A DNA stretch of 64,000 bases from Candidatus Poribacteria bacterium. GTDB lineage: Bacteria > Poribacteria > WGA-4E > GCA-2687025. This document shows positions 19,606 to 28,704 of this stretch, piece by piece (the stretch's first letter is position 1; each line of letters opens with the position of its first letter). The notes under the pieces are model-generated. The model searched no databases. It saw only the letters and a list, made by a program, of their open reading frames with translations, and was not told where the DNA came from. The stretch is from contig OY762492.1 of assembly GCA_963665845.2 (NCBI GenBank), positions 2,400,001-2,464,000 on the forward strand. The letters run 5' to 3'. Made by a program: the position numbers and the translations under genes.

Positions 19606-20418
19606 TCAGTCTACTTCAAGGATGTTTTCGCTCGTGTATTTTCCCCTCACGCCATCAATGCTGATCTCGCAGACTATCCTGTATTGACCTGCGCGGGCGG
19701 GAGAATAGGAGCAAATTTTTCCATCCACCTCTGTTCCTGGTATGTCAACCCATGAGCTGGAGGCGTTGTTTCTTCGCTGCCACTTTGATGTGTGCGTGGT
19801 GTACGTGACTCCGTTAATGGAGCTATCAACGATTTCGATGCACCTTCCCGCGGTAAAGAAAAGGAATTGAATTTTCCCATCGGAGATGACGAGCCCCTGC
19901 AACGGCTTGTATTCGCCGTTTCCGTTTCCGTTTCCGTTTCCGTCTTCTCTAACGACAGTGACTTCAAACGTCATCGGCTCTGCGTCTGCGTTTTCATGAC
20001 CGCTGTTGTCTGAAGCCGTAACGGTGATGATCGCGAAGCCAACGGACACACCCTTGATGGTCAGCGTCAGCCTCGTCGGCGCAGAACTGGAACTGGACAC
20101 GCTCAGATTTGTATCAATGAGGGCGGTTGATGAAGGGTCTATAGAAAAATCAACGTCATGCAGATCGCCAATATCGTCGCGGATGGCCGTTTCCACAGTG
20201 ATTGATTTTCCTAAATCGACCGACTGATCGGGTATCGCTTCGATCACAGGCTGGCTGTTGCCAGCGTCATCTTCCCCGCAACCTGCGAATGCGGCGATGA
20301 AACAGAGCAGAAAAGCAACTGACGCCGCTACAAAAGCGGACAGCTCGAAGTCAGTCAACCGAGCTCTTTGGAACTGTGTTTGCTTGACGGTTTTTATTAC
20401 CATGTTGATCCTGACCAT
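19606..20418 (-). CDS. Putative lipoprotein with Ig/cadherin-like domain (start uncertain)
   Basis: Hydrophobic stretch ending FAGC; N..P.I..IPDQ and ITVTASD Ig-like motifs; GNGNGNG linker. Confidence 0.6.
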   Translation of the reverse strand: MVRINMVIKTVKQTQFQRARLTDFELSAFVAASVAFLLCFIAAFAGCGEDDAGNSQPVIEAIPDQSVDLGKSITVETAIRDDIGDLHDVDFSIDPSSTALIDTNLSVSSSSSAPTRLTLTIKGVSVGFAIITVTASDNSGHENADAEPMTFEVTVVREDGNGNGNGNGEYKPLQGLVISDGKIQFLFFTAGRCIEIVDSSINGVTYTTHTSKWQRRNNASSSWVDIPGTEVDGKICSYSPARAGQYRIVCEISIDGVRGKYTSENILEVD

Positions 20419-20575
20419 TTTGAGTGTCTTTTACCAACGTCTTGGATTATAGCATGGTTGTCGCGTCAAATCTACCACCTTACAGGACGTCATTCCCGCG
20501 CAGGCGGCGGATCTATGCGTTCGGCGGTGAATCCCCTTACAAATGGAGAACGCATTGTCGCCCGCCCGCGGAATC

Positions 20576-21346
20576 TTATTGCGCCATCCCGCGCGACTTC
20601 AGATACTCAAAGCTCATGCGCGCCGACTCGATGGGCGGGCGGACGCATCTGTCCTGCTCCACGATGAGCCATTCAACGCCGCTTTTTTTCGCCGACTCAA
20701 AGATGTCGTCCCAGTCCAGTATGCCATGCCCGACCTCCGCGAAGGGGCATTCGGCGTCGTCCGGCGCGGGCGCCCTGTCTTTGATGTGAAGATGCGGGAG
20801 CCTGCCGGCGTATTTGCGGATGTAGGCGCCGGGGTCTTCGCCGCCTGTTTGAATCCAGTACGTGTCCAGCTCGGCGCCCATATGCTCGGCGGGGATGTTC
20901 TCCAGCATATAGTCCAGCCCATGCTGTCCGTCCACGCCGCTTTCCAGCTCAAAAGCGTGGTTGTGGTACAGTATCTCCAGCCCCGCCTCGGCGGCGTTGG
21001 CGCATCCTTCAGCCAGCAGTTCGGTGACCTGTTTCCAGTCGTTGTTGAGACGGCGCAGATCGCCGCCGACGCCTGTCATGAGGCGCGTCACGCCGAGCGC
21101 CTTGGAGCGTTCGGCGAGGCGGTCGATGTCGCTGCGCATCTCCGTCGGCGAGCAGCCCCCGCCGATGAGCGTCATGCCGAGATCGTCCAGCGTCTCAAGA
21201 AACGCCTGGGCGTCCATGCCGCCGGGCGGCCCGCCCTCCACGCCGGCGTATCCGATGTCGGCGACCGCTTTGAGCGTCTCGTTCGGCTCTGCCGCCAGCT
21301 GATCGCGCACCGTGTACAGTTGAATGCCGATGGGTATGTTTGCCAT
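20576..21346 (-). CDS. Sugar phosphate isomerase/epimerase (TIM barrel, IolE/AP-endonuclease-2 type)
   Basis: GIQLYTVR, YHNHAFE, ELDTYW, HIKD, EVGHG and IVEQD. Confidence 0.9.
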   Translation of the reverse strand: MANIPIGIQLYTVRDQLAAEPNETLKAVADIGYAGVEGGPPGGMDAQAFLETLDDLGMTLIGGGCSPTEMRSDIDRLAERSKALGVTRLMTGVGGDLRRLNNDWKQVTELLAEGCANAAEAGLEILYHNHAFELESGVDGQHGLDYMLENIPAEHMGAELDTYWIQTGGEDPGAYIRKYAGRLPHLHIKDRAPAPDDAECPFAEVGHGILDWDDIFESAKKSGVEWLIVEQDRCVRPPIESARMSFEYLKSRGMAQ

Positions 21347-21371
21347 GCTTGCCCGCTTTCTTGCTTTTATT

Positions 21372-21956
21372 TTAGCGCCGCCCCAGCTTTTTGACCTCTG
21401 ACAGCGCTGCCTTGTATGTTTTCCATTGTTCAGGCGCCGCTTCTTTCAGCGCCGTTTCTGCCGCTTCCCGCGCCTTTTCGAAGCTCTTAGCGGCTGCGCT
21501 TTTTGCCGCTTTGCCGGTTCTCTCCGCGATGAGCGCCGCTTCCCATGCCTCCCATTCGCCGCTTGCGGCATCCTGCAGCGCGCTCTCCGCCTCGGTCAAC
21601 GCTGTCCACATGGCGCGCCGCGCGATATTCGCCGCGTTGTGCGCCGCGATGTAGGCGTCCCATTCGGCGGGCGCCGCCTGTATCAGCGCGTCCCGTTCTA
21701 TTCTGCCCAAAACGCCTACATATTCAATCGCGTAACCTCCGTTTGGAAACTCGGCGGCGCGGAATGTCTTCCGCGAAGAGACGCCGTTGTTCCGATATCG
21801 ATCCCATTCTGTAGGCGCCGCCTTCATGAGCGCGCGGCGCGCCTTTTCTTCCGTCTTAACCGCCTCGCGGCGCGCCTTTTGCGCGGGGGTCTGATCGCCG
21901 CAGCCCGACAGCGCCAGCGCCGCCGCTATTAACATGACGAATGCGGCGCGCCTCAT
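21372..21956 (-). CDS. Putative lipoprotein with internal AAPxEW helical repeats
   Basis: Lipobox LSGC; four AL..AA(P/S)..W..(Y/W) units. Confidence 0.65.
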   Translation of the reverse strand: MRRAAFVMLIAAALALSGCGDQTPAQKARREAVKTEEKARRALMKAAPTEWDRYRNNGVSSRKTFRAAEFPNGGYAIEYVGVLGRIERDALIQAAPAEWDAYIAAHNAANIARRAMWTALTEAESALQDAASGEWEAWEAALIAERTGKAAKSAAAKSFEKAREAAETALKEAAPEQWKTYKAALSEVKKLGRR

Positions 21957-22972
21957 TCCGCTCCCTCCTTGGACACCTCCACCGATTCGCCCGTCTCCAT
22001 CGATTCAAAAATGGCGTCGATGGTGTTCATCTGTCCGACGCTGTTGCGGGCGGGTATGCGGTGCGTGTCGCCTGTTTCGAGGCAATCGAGCAGGTGGCGC
22101 ATTTGCAGGGCGAACTGATCGTACGGCTCAAATTCAAAGTCCTCTGAACGGCTCCGCGCCCGTAGATGCAGCGATGTCGCGCGTCCGCCGCAGTTCCATA
22201 CCGCGTCCATGCGCATCGACCCGCCCTGTCCGCCGATCTCAATATACTCCGCCGACCAGGAGGTCCACCCGACGGAGATTTGCGCCGTCCCGCCGCACGG
22301 GAAAACGAACAGCATATACGCCGCGTCGTCCACCTCAAAGCCCGGCTGCTTCGCGGCGAAGACGCGCACAGGGTCGGCGCCGAAAATGTAGCGCGCGTGG
22401 TGAATGTTGTAGCAGGCGAGGTCGTAGATGCTCCCGCCGCCCTGCGACTTCGTCCAGCGCCAGTTGCTGCCGGGCGTCCGCGCGTCTTTGCGCGAGCCGA
22501 TGCAGAAGGTGCTGCGCACCGTCGTCAACTCTTCGATGGCGCCTTCGTCGATGAGCGCCTTCGCTTTCATGTGTCTTGGGTGATGGCGGAATTTGAACGC
22601 CTCGGCGACCAGAACGCCGTTCTCTTCGCATGCGTCCACGAAGGCGGCCGCCTCGGCGCCGGTGGAGGTGAACGGCTTTTCGCACAAGATCGCCTTCGCC
22701 GCCTTCGACTCGGCAATCTGAATGCCGACCTCCGCATGGTAAGCGCCCCAGACGCAGATGACAGCGGCGTCGAACTCTTCGTTTTTCAACATCTCCTCAA
22801 GGGAGCCGTAATGGTTGTCGGCTCCGTAGTCATTGGCGTAACGCTCCGCCGCTTCGGGGCGTATGTCGCAGACGGCGGCGATATGGACATCCTCCAGCTG
22901 CCTGCATGCGTTGCCGTGCGCGCGGGAGATTCCGCCCGCTCCGACGATTCCGATTCGTTTGACATTGCTCAT
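21953..22972 (-). CDS. Gfo/Idh/MocA family oxidoreductase
   Basis: IGIVGAGGIS, LCEKP, EAFKFRHHP and GGGSIYDLACY. Confidence 0.92.
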   Translation of the reverse strand: MSNVKRIGIVGAGGISRAHGNACRQLEDVHIAAVCDIRPEAAERYANDYGADNHYGSLEEMLKNEEFDAAVICVWGAYHAEVGIQIAESKAAKAILCEKPFTSTGAEAAAFVDACEENGVLVAEAFKFRHHPRHMKAKALIDEGAIEELTTVRSTFCIGSRKDARTPGSNWRWTKSQGGGSIYDLACYNIHHARYIFGADPVRVFAAKQPGFEVDDAAYMLFVFPCGGTAQISVGWTSWSAEYIEIGGQGGSMRMDAVWNCGGRATSLHLRARSRSEDFEFEPYDQFALQMRHLLDCLETGDTHRIPARNSVGQMNTIDAIFESMETGESVEVSKEGAE

Positions 22973-22987
22973 CGTTCGTCTCCTTAA

Positions 22988-23653
22988 TTAAGACATCTTC
23001 GGCGCGGCTTCTAAACCCCATACTTCCCATCCTTCAGGGGCTGGGCCGCGGGCAAAAAGTTCCAACTTGCGCTGCGTCGGAAACATCTGGTCGATTCGTT
23101 TGCGTATCTCTTCCGGTTTTTGCGAATGCGTCCGCCGCGGTTCCGACAGCAGTTGCCGGACGTTGCGCGCGCCTCTCGGCGTCGGTATGCGCCCTTTTTT
23201 AAAAACAAGGCACAGCTCGCACTGGCTCATCGTATAAAAACCTGGGTTGACGCGCATCTTGTCCCAAACGAACGCGACCGTCGCCCAACGAAAACCCCAC
23301 GCTTTGCCGAGGTCAACGGCTTGATCTAGGTGCGGATTCGTTGTCCACATAAAAAGCAGGCTGTCCTCGGCGGCCGCCTGTCCAACATCAAGCGTTTTGA
23401 GAGCGGACAGCGCGACGGTCGGATAATGGCGGACGGCGCCGCCGGTGTCGCCGCTCCCGGCGCCGGCATGCTGCAGCTGCCCCTTGTAGTCCCACGGCGG
23501 ATCGGCGTACAGTATCTCAAATTGAGCGGGCGGCAGCGGCGGAAACAGCGCGCTGTCGGCGTCTGCGTTGTCGAACATGTTTTTCAAGCGCTCTCCTTCG
23601 GCGGGGGCGACGTTCGGATAGTATAACACACTTTCTGGAAAATTCAGGCGCAT
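22988..23653 (-). CDS. MT-A70 family N6-adenine methyltransferase (start uncertain)
   Basis: ILYADPPW catalytic motif; LFMWTT, AWGF, FVWDK, HSQKP and KLELFAR. Confidence 0.88.
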   Translation of the reverse strand: MRLNFPESVLYYPNVAPAEGERLKNMFDNADADSALFPPLPPAQFEILYADPPWDYKGQLQHAGAGSGDTGGAVRHYPTVALSALKTLDVGQAAAEDSLLFMWTTNPHLDQAVDLGKAWGFRWATVAFVWDKMRVNPGFYTMSQCELCLVFKKGRIPTPRGARNVRQLLSEPRRTHSQKPEEIRKRIDQMFPTQRKLELFARGPAPEGWEVWGLEAAPKMS

Positions 23654-23783
23654 TGCAGGCGTTTTAAGATTCCCGCTTGCGCGGGAATGACGCGGCGCCG
23701 CGTCCGATTCCCCCTTGAAAAGGGGGCTAGGGGGTTTAAAGGAGGGCGCGGCTGCTGCGGCGCCTTAAGATTCCCGCTTACGC

Positions 23784-23989
23784 GGGAATGACGCGGCGGG
23801 GAGGGAATAACGCGGCGGGGAGGGAATGACGCGGCGGGGGAGGGAATGACGCGGCGGGGGAGGGAATGACGCGGCGGGGGAGGGAATGACGCGGCGGGGG
23901 AGGGAATGACGCGGCGGGGGAGGGAATGACGCGGCGGGGAGGGAATGACGCGGCGGGGGAGGGAATGACGCGGCGGGGGAGGGAATGAC
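23784..23989. repeat. G-rich 19-20 bp tandem repeat (GGGAATGACGCGGCGGGG[G]A), 10 full units plus a partial unit
   Basis: Counted directly; grows out of the right arm of an ATTCCC-N8-GGGAATGAC repeat; no spacers. Confidence 0.95.
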
Positions 23990-24108
23990 AGCAAACGGGC
24001 TGAAGCTTCTTGAGAATCCGGCGGAAGCTGCTAGACTGCATGCGCCTTGCCTTCCGCTTGGATCGTCAGGCGCAGCGTCCATTTCCGTTTTTGTTAAAAG
24101 GAGACGCC

Positions 24109-25266
24109 ATGCCGCGCGTCCAGACAGGGCTTGAAACGCTTGCCGCCTCGGACTTCAAGGCGGTACAAAACATGCGCGTCGGACTCATCTCGAACCAGAC
24201 AGGCGTCGATTCGCGTTTTGAGGACAACGCTTCGCTCATCGTTCGGTCGGGGAAAGCGGAGCTGACAGCGTTTTTTGCGCCTGAACATGGGCTTCTCGGA
24301 ACGCAGCAGGCGGGCGGCAAAGTAGAGGACGCGCGGGAGCGCCGTTTTCAGATACCGGCGCATTCGCTTTACGGGAAACTGCGCGCGCCGTCCGACGCCC
24401 AGCTGGAAAACATTGACGCGCTCATCTACGACATTCAGCCTGTCGGCGCCCGATACTACACCTACCTTTCAACCTTGAAGGGCTGTCTCGAAAAAGCGGC
24501 GGAGGCGGGCGTTCGATTTGTCGTGTTAGACCGCCCAAACCCGCTTGGCGGCGAGGCGGCGGAGGGGTTCCCCCCGTTTGACGACAGGTTCCGCTCCTTC
24601 GTCTCATGCGCCCCCTTCCCGATACGGCATGGTCTCACCGCCGGCGAATTCGCCCGCTGGATCGTTCATGAATACGCGCTGGATGTCGACCTTGAAATCG
24701 TCCAGATGCGCGGATGGAAGCGCGCGATGTACTACGCCGACACAGGGCTGCCATGGGTCGCGCCGTCTCCGAACATGCCGACGCCGACGACCGCGCTGGC
24801 GTACCTGGCGTCCTGCCTCATCGAAGGGACGAACGCGAGCGAGGGGCGCGGAACGACGCAGCCGTTTGAGCTGTTTGGGGCGCCTTGGGCGGACGCTTAC
24901 GGTCTATGCGCGGATCTGAACGGGCTGGGGCTGCCGGGCGTCTGGTTTCGCCCGGCGTCGTTCAAGCCCTCTTTTTCCAAACACTCGGGGGAAGTATGCG
25001 AAGGGGCGCAGATGCATATCGCGGAGCCGCGGGCGTTCCGCGCCGTTCAAACAGGCATGGAGCTGCTTGCGGCGCTGCGCCGCCAGAGCGGTCAGTTTGC
25101 ATTCATCGGCGGTGAAAACCGAAAGATGATCGATCTGCTGCTGGGAAACGACGCGCCGAGGCGGGCGCTGGAAGCGGGGGCTGAAGGCAGAGAAGCGTCC
25201 GACGGATGGGAGGCGCGCGCAAAGGCATGGCAAGAAGAAACGGCGCATCTTCGCCTTTACGATTGA
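24109..25266 (+). CDS. DUF1343 / NamZ exo-beta-N-acetylmuramidase family protein
   Basis: VGLISNQTG, FAPEHG, SLYG, DIQ.VGARYYTY, LDRPNP, PSPNMP and SEGRGT..PFE. Confidence 0.9.
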   Translation: MPRVQTGLETLAASDFKAVQNMRVGLISNQTGVDSRFEDNASLIVRSGKAELTAFFAPEHGLLGTQQAGGKVEDARERRFQIPAHSLYGKLRAPSDAQLENIDALIYDIQPVGARYYTYLSTLKGCLEKAAEAGVRFVVLDRPNPLGGEAAEGFPPFDDRFRSFVSCAPFPIRHGLTAGEFARWIVHEYALDVDLEIVQMRGWKRAMYYADTGLPWVAPSPNMPTPTTALAYLASCLIEGTNASEGRGTTQPFELFGAPWADAYGLCADLNGLGLPGVWFRPASFKPSFSKHSGEVCEGAQMHIAEPRAFRAVQTGMELLAALRRQSGQFAFIGGENRKMIDLLLGNDAPRRALEAGAEGREASDGWEARAKAWQEETAHLRLYD

Positions 25267-25276
25267 CGCCCGCGCT

Positions 25277-25305
25277 TTGACAACGCCGACCCGTTCCAGT
25301 ACACT
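25277..25305 (+). promoter_or_regulatory. Sigma70-like promoter of the PhyH gene
   Basis: TTGACA-N17-TACACT, 30 bp upstream of ATG 25336. Confidence 0.6.
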
Positions 25306-25335
25306 CACCCCAACATCACACACAGGAACCTCAAC

Positions 25336-26130
25336 ATGCGCACCGAACTGACCCAAGACCAGATCAAGTTCTACCGAGAAAACGGCTTCATTGTGCTGGA
25401 CGAATTTTTAGACGCGGGCGAACTGGAGGAGTGGCGCGAAGCGGTTGATGAGACCGTCCACAAGCGGGGAATGTATCTTGACCCTGAAAAACGGCGCGAG
25501 AAAAGCGGCTACTACCAGCGCGTCTTCATTCAATCGCTCAACATGTGGAAAGAAAGCGAGCGCATCCGCAAGCTGATCCTCGATCCCAGAATCGGCGAGA
25601 TGTGCTGCAAGCTGGAGGGCATGAGCGGGTACCGCGTCTGGCATGATCAGGCGCTCATCAAGGAACCGTGGGCGAACCAGACCAGCTTCCATCTCGACAA
25701 CCCGTACTGGTCGTTCAGCTCGCCCCATGCGGTCAGCATCTGGGTCGCGCTGGACGACGCGACCTATCAGAACGGGTGCCTTTACTTTTTGCCGGGGACG
25801 CACAAGCAGGCGCGTTACGACAATGTCGGCATCGGTCCGCATTTCGGCGCGCTGCTTGACGTCTATCCTGAATGGGCGGAGATTGAGGCGGTCGCGGCGC
25901 CGATGAAGGCGGGCTGCTGCTCCTTCCACAACGGACTCGTCGCCCACGGCGCCGGCGCCAACGCGACGCCCGGCTATCGACGCGCCATGACCTGCGGCTA
26001 TATGCCGGACGGCGCTACCTTCAACGGCAAACAGAACATCTTGACGAACGAGCAAATAGCGCGGCTGGAGATCGGCGACCCGCTCATTGACCCTGAGCAG
26101 AACCCGCTCGTGTTCTCTACGGAGGGGTGA
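25336..26130 (+). CDS. Phytanoyl-CoA dioxygenase (PhyH) family protein
   Basis: FYRENGF, HLDNPYW (HxD), WVALDD, NGCL.FLPGTH and H..LVAHGAGAN..R. Confidence 0.9.
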   Translation: MRTELTQDQIKFYRENGFIVLDEFLDAGELEEWREAVDETVHKRGMYLDPEKRREKSGYYQRVFIQSLNMWKESERIRKLILDPRIGEMCCKLEGMSGYRVWHDQALIKEPWANQTSFHLDNPYWSFSSPHAVSIWVALDDATYQNGCLYFLPGTHKQARYDNVGIGPHFGALLDVYPEWAEIEAVAAPMKAGCCSFHNGLVAHGAGANATPGYRRAMTCGYMPDGATFNGKQNILTNEQIARLEIGDPLIDPEQNPLVFSTEG

Positions 26131-26180
26131 AGCGAACCGAAACGGCGCGGCAAACGGAATGGTAGGCGCGCTTTAGGGTT

Positions 26181-26224
26181 AAAAAAAAGAACCGAGGGAT
26201 CTTAGAGACACAGACCCCTCGGAA
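26181..26224 (-). terminator. Intrinsic terminator
   Basis: Minus strand CCGAGGG...CCCTCGG stem followed by TTCTTTTTTTT. Confidence 0.7.
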
Positions 26225-26379
26225 CAAAAGGAAAAAATAAGGAAGCGCCGCCGCTCAAAAAAGTTGAGCTTATCGGCTGCCTTTATGTCCTGGGAAGCGG
26301 CGGAGCCTCGAGTCGCAACCCGTTTTGGCGCCGCGTGCGCTGTTTGCAGGAACGCCGCAGCCGGATATAGGCGGCATTT
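26181..26379 (-). ncRNA. Candidate structured non-coding RNA (~200 nt), family unassigned (6S-like rod?)
   Basis: Upstream promoter and downstream terminator. Nested stems GCCGCC/GGCGGC, CGGCTGC/GCAGCCG, TCCTG/CAGGA, GCGGCG/CGCCGC and CGGGT/ACTCG. Confidence 0.5.
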
Positions 26380-26385
26380 GATTTA

Positions 26386-26414
26386 ACTATAGCGCCAAAC
26401 GCGGCCGGCGTCTA
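26386..26414 (-). promoter_or_regulatory. Sigma70-like promoter of the candidate ncRNA
   Basis: Minus strand TAGACG-N17-TATAGT. Confidence 0.55.
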
Positions 26415-26425
26415 TCTTTTTATTT

Positions 26426-26594
26426 CTGACCTTACGTCTTTAGTTGGGACATGCCGGCCGGAGGGACGCGGACGGTTTCGGCGGCGCCTCTAGATTCCCG
26501 CTTGCACGGGAATGACGGCCTGATTGGCGGCGCCTTTTTCCCATGAATAGAGCAATCATGCGTTCAAATGCCCCAACTTTATGCATGAGGTCAG
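26426..26594. mobile_element. MITE-like element family A, copy 2
   Basis: CTGACCTTACGTCTTTAGTTGGGACA...TGCCCCAACTTTATGCATGAGGTCAG with an ATTCCC-N8-GGGAAT core; inverted relative to copy 1. Confidence 0.75.
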
Positions 26595-26708
26595 TTCCCA
26601 AGGCGCGCTGACCGTATAGACCGCCAACAGCCGATACGGCCCAGGCTCCCCGATGACTCGTTTCTTTTCAAGATTCTCAACCGCTAACGCCTTTCCGCCT
26701 TTGCGTTT

Positions 26709-27482
26709 CTATATTGAGTACATCATACGCATCGCTTCGAGAATGTCGAGCGCGTCCACAAGATAGCGTTTCGCTTCCTCCTCAATCTCGCGCGGTATTC
26801 CATGCAGCGCTTCGGCGATCGGTCCAGCGATGGCGGCGAGCGTGTCGGAATCGCCGCCGAGCGAAACGGCGTTGCGAACGGCGTCCTCAAAGCTGATCGA
26901 TTCCAAAGCGCATGCGATCGCTTCAGGGACGGTTTCTTGACAGCTCTCATTGAAGACATAGTTAGGGCGTATTTCGTCCACCGATCTGCTCAGGTCGTAT
27001 CCGTATGTGGAGACAATCTCGCTGCGAATCTCTTGCGGATCCGTGTCATTGAAGGCAAGCCAAATCGCATGCGTTGTCGCGCGGGCGCCTTTCATCCCTT
27101 CAGGGTGGTTATGAGTGACGGCCGTTACCTTGTCGGACGCCTCTAGCGCGTTCGACAGGCTGTCCTTGTTCAAAAACGCCGCCGGAGAGACGCGCATCCC
27201 TGCGCCGTTGCCCCAGCTGTTGTACGGCGCCGGATCGGACGAATAGATCCATCGGACGAAGTTGCCGCCGTAACTGTGGTTGGGATGCTGCCGGCACCAT
27301 CGCTGCATCGTCTGCGCGGGCGGCTTGTCATGCATTAGAATATCCGCGACTGCAGCCGTGCAGACCGTATCGTCCGTGAATTTGCTGCGCGGTCCGAAAA
27401 GCGGAAAATCCTTCGTCTTAATTTGATGCGGGCTGAATTCGTAGGGAGCGCCGACAATGTCCCCAATCACGGCTCCAAGCAT
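26709..27482 (-). CDS. ADP-ribosylglycohydrolase (DraG/ARH family), copy 1
   Basis: MLGAVIGDIVG, FTDDT, SWGNGAGMRVSP, THNHPEG and GGDSDT. Confidence 0.93.
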   Translation of the reverse strand: MLGAVIGDIVGAPYEFSPHQIKTKDFPLFGPRSKFTDDTVCTAAVADILMHDKPPAQTMQRWCRQHPNHSYGGNFVRWIYSSDPAPYNSWGNGAGMRVSPAAFLNKDSLSNALEASDKVTAVTHNHPEGMKGARATTHAIWLAFNDTDPQEIRSEIVSTYGYDLSRSVDEIRPNYVFNESCQETVPEAIACALESISFEDAVRNAVSLGGDSDTLAAIAGPIAEALHGIPREIEEEAKRYLVDALDILEAMRMMYSI

Positions 27483-27528
27483 ATGGTTCCTTTCTATGGA
27501 CTTTCAAGCTGCTTCCGCCTTTGCGTTT

Positions 27529-28320
27529 CTATATTGAGTACATCATACGCACCGTTTCAAGAATGTCTAGCGGACGGTCAAGCGCGTCAAGAAGCCGGCA
27601 TTCCGCTTCCTCCTCAATCTCGCGCGGTATTCCATGCAGCGCTTCGGCGATCGGTCCCGCGATGGCGGCGAGCGTGTCAGAATCGCCGCCGAGCGAAACG
27701 GCGTTGCGGACAGCATCCTCAAAGCTGGTTGCTTCCAGGGCGCATGTGATCGCTTCTGGAACGGTTCCTTGACACGACACATCGAAGGAGTAGTCAGGGC
27801 GAATCTCATCCACCGACCTGCTCAGATCGTATCCGTATGTCGAGACGATCTCGCTGCGAATCTCTTGAGGATCCGCACCGTTGAAGGCAAGCCAGATCGC
27901 ATGCGTTATCGCGCGGGCGCCTTTCATTCCTTCAGGGTGGTTATGAGTGACGGCCGTTACCTTGTCGGACGCCTCTAGCGCGTTCGACAGGCTGTCCTTG
28001 TTCAAATACGCCGCCGGCGAGACGCGCATCCCGGCGCCGTTGCCCCAGCTTTTGTACGGCGCCGGATCGGGCGAATAGATCCATCTGCCGAAGTTGCCGC
28101 CGTATCCTTTTCTGGGATGACGCCGGCACCATTGCTGCATCGTCTCCGCAGGCGGCTTGTCATGCATCAGAATGTCCGCGACTGCAGCCGTGCAGACCGT
28201 ATCGTCCGTGAATCTGCTGTAAGGTCCGAAAAGCGGAAAATCTTTCGTCTTTATTTGGCGCCCTCTGCCTTCATACGGAGCGCCGACAATGTCCCCGATC
28301 ACGGCTCCAAGCATACGCAT
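27529..28320 (-). CDS. ADP-ribosylglycohydrolase (DraG/ARH family), copy 2
   Basis: Same motifs as copy 1; recent tandem paralog. Confidence 0.93.
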   Translation of the reverse strand: MRMLGAVIGDIVGAPYEGRGRQIKTKDFPLFGPYSRFTDDTVCTAAVADILMHDKPPAETMQQWCRRHPRKGYGGNFGRWIYSPDPAPYKSWGNGAGMRVSPAAYLNKDSLSNALEASDKVTAVTHNHPEGMKGARAITHAIWLAFNGADPQEIRSEIVSTYGYDLSRSVDEIRPDYSFDVSCQGTVPEAITCALEATSFEDAVRNAVSLGGDSDTLAAIAGPIAEALHGIPREIEEEAECRLLDALDRPLDILETVRMMYSI

Positions 28321-28474
28321 CCTTTCTATGGACGGTCAAACTGCGGTATCTGGGCTTATGATACCATGCCTGCGGCGCTTTAAGATTCCCGCTTGCGCGA
28401 GAGGAGAGGGGCGCCGACTAGACTCCCCTCTTGAAAAGGGGGCTGGGGGTTTGAGCGCGCGGGTTGAAGTCGGT

Positions 28475-28570
28475 TTTGAACTAGGATTAAAGGATTAGTA
28501 AGATTGCCAAGATAGGGGCTTACAGAAATTTCTTGGCAATCTTTTCAATCTTGGCAATCCTAGTTCAGAC
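28475..28570. repeat. Repeat family C copy, within a cluster of family A/B repeats (28380-28700)
   Basis: TTTTGAACTAGGATT...AATCCTAGTTCAGAC; inverse of the 7280 copy. Confidence 0.75.
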
Positions 28571-28704
28571 AACGGCTAAGATTCCCGCTTGCGCGGGAAT
28601 GACCCCCGTTTTCACGGGGGCAGGCTATGAGGGCGCGGGAATGCATGTCCTCGCGGAAGCGGGGAACGACCTGGTTGGCGGCGCCTTTTTCCCATGAGTA
28701 ATCG

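Noticed and set aside
23784-23989. Possible CRISPR array
   Set aside because: Units are contiguous with no unique spacers, and no cas genes are present in the window.
23644-24082. Repetitive ORFs (PPPPRHSLPRRVIPSPAASF...)
   Set aside because: These are translation artefacts of the tandem repeat.
26245-26376. SRP RNA, tRNA or riboswitch assignment for the structured region
   Set aside because: No SRP helix-8 motif, no cloverleaf and no downstream same-strand gene to regulate; kept only as an unassigned ncRNA candidate.
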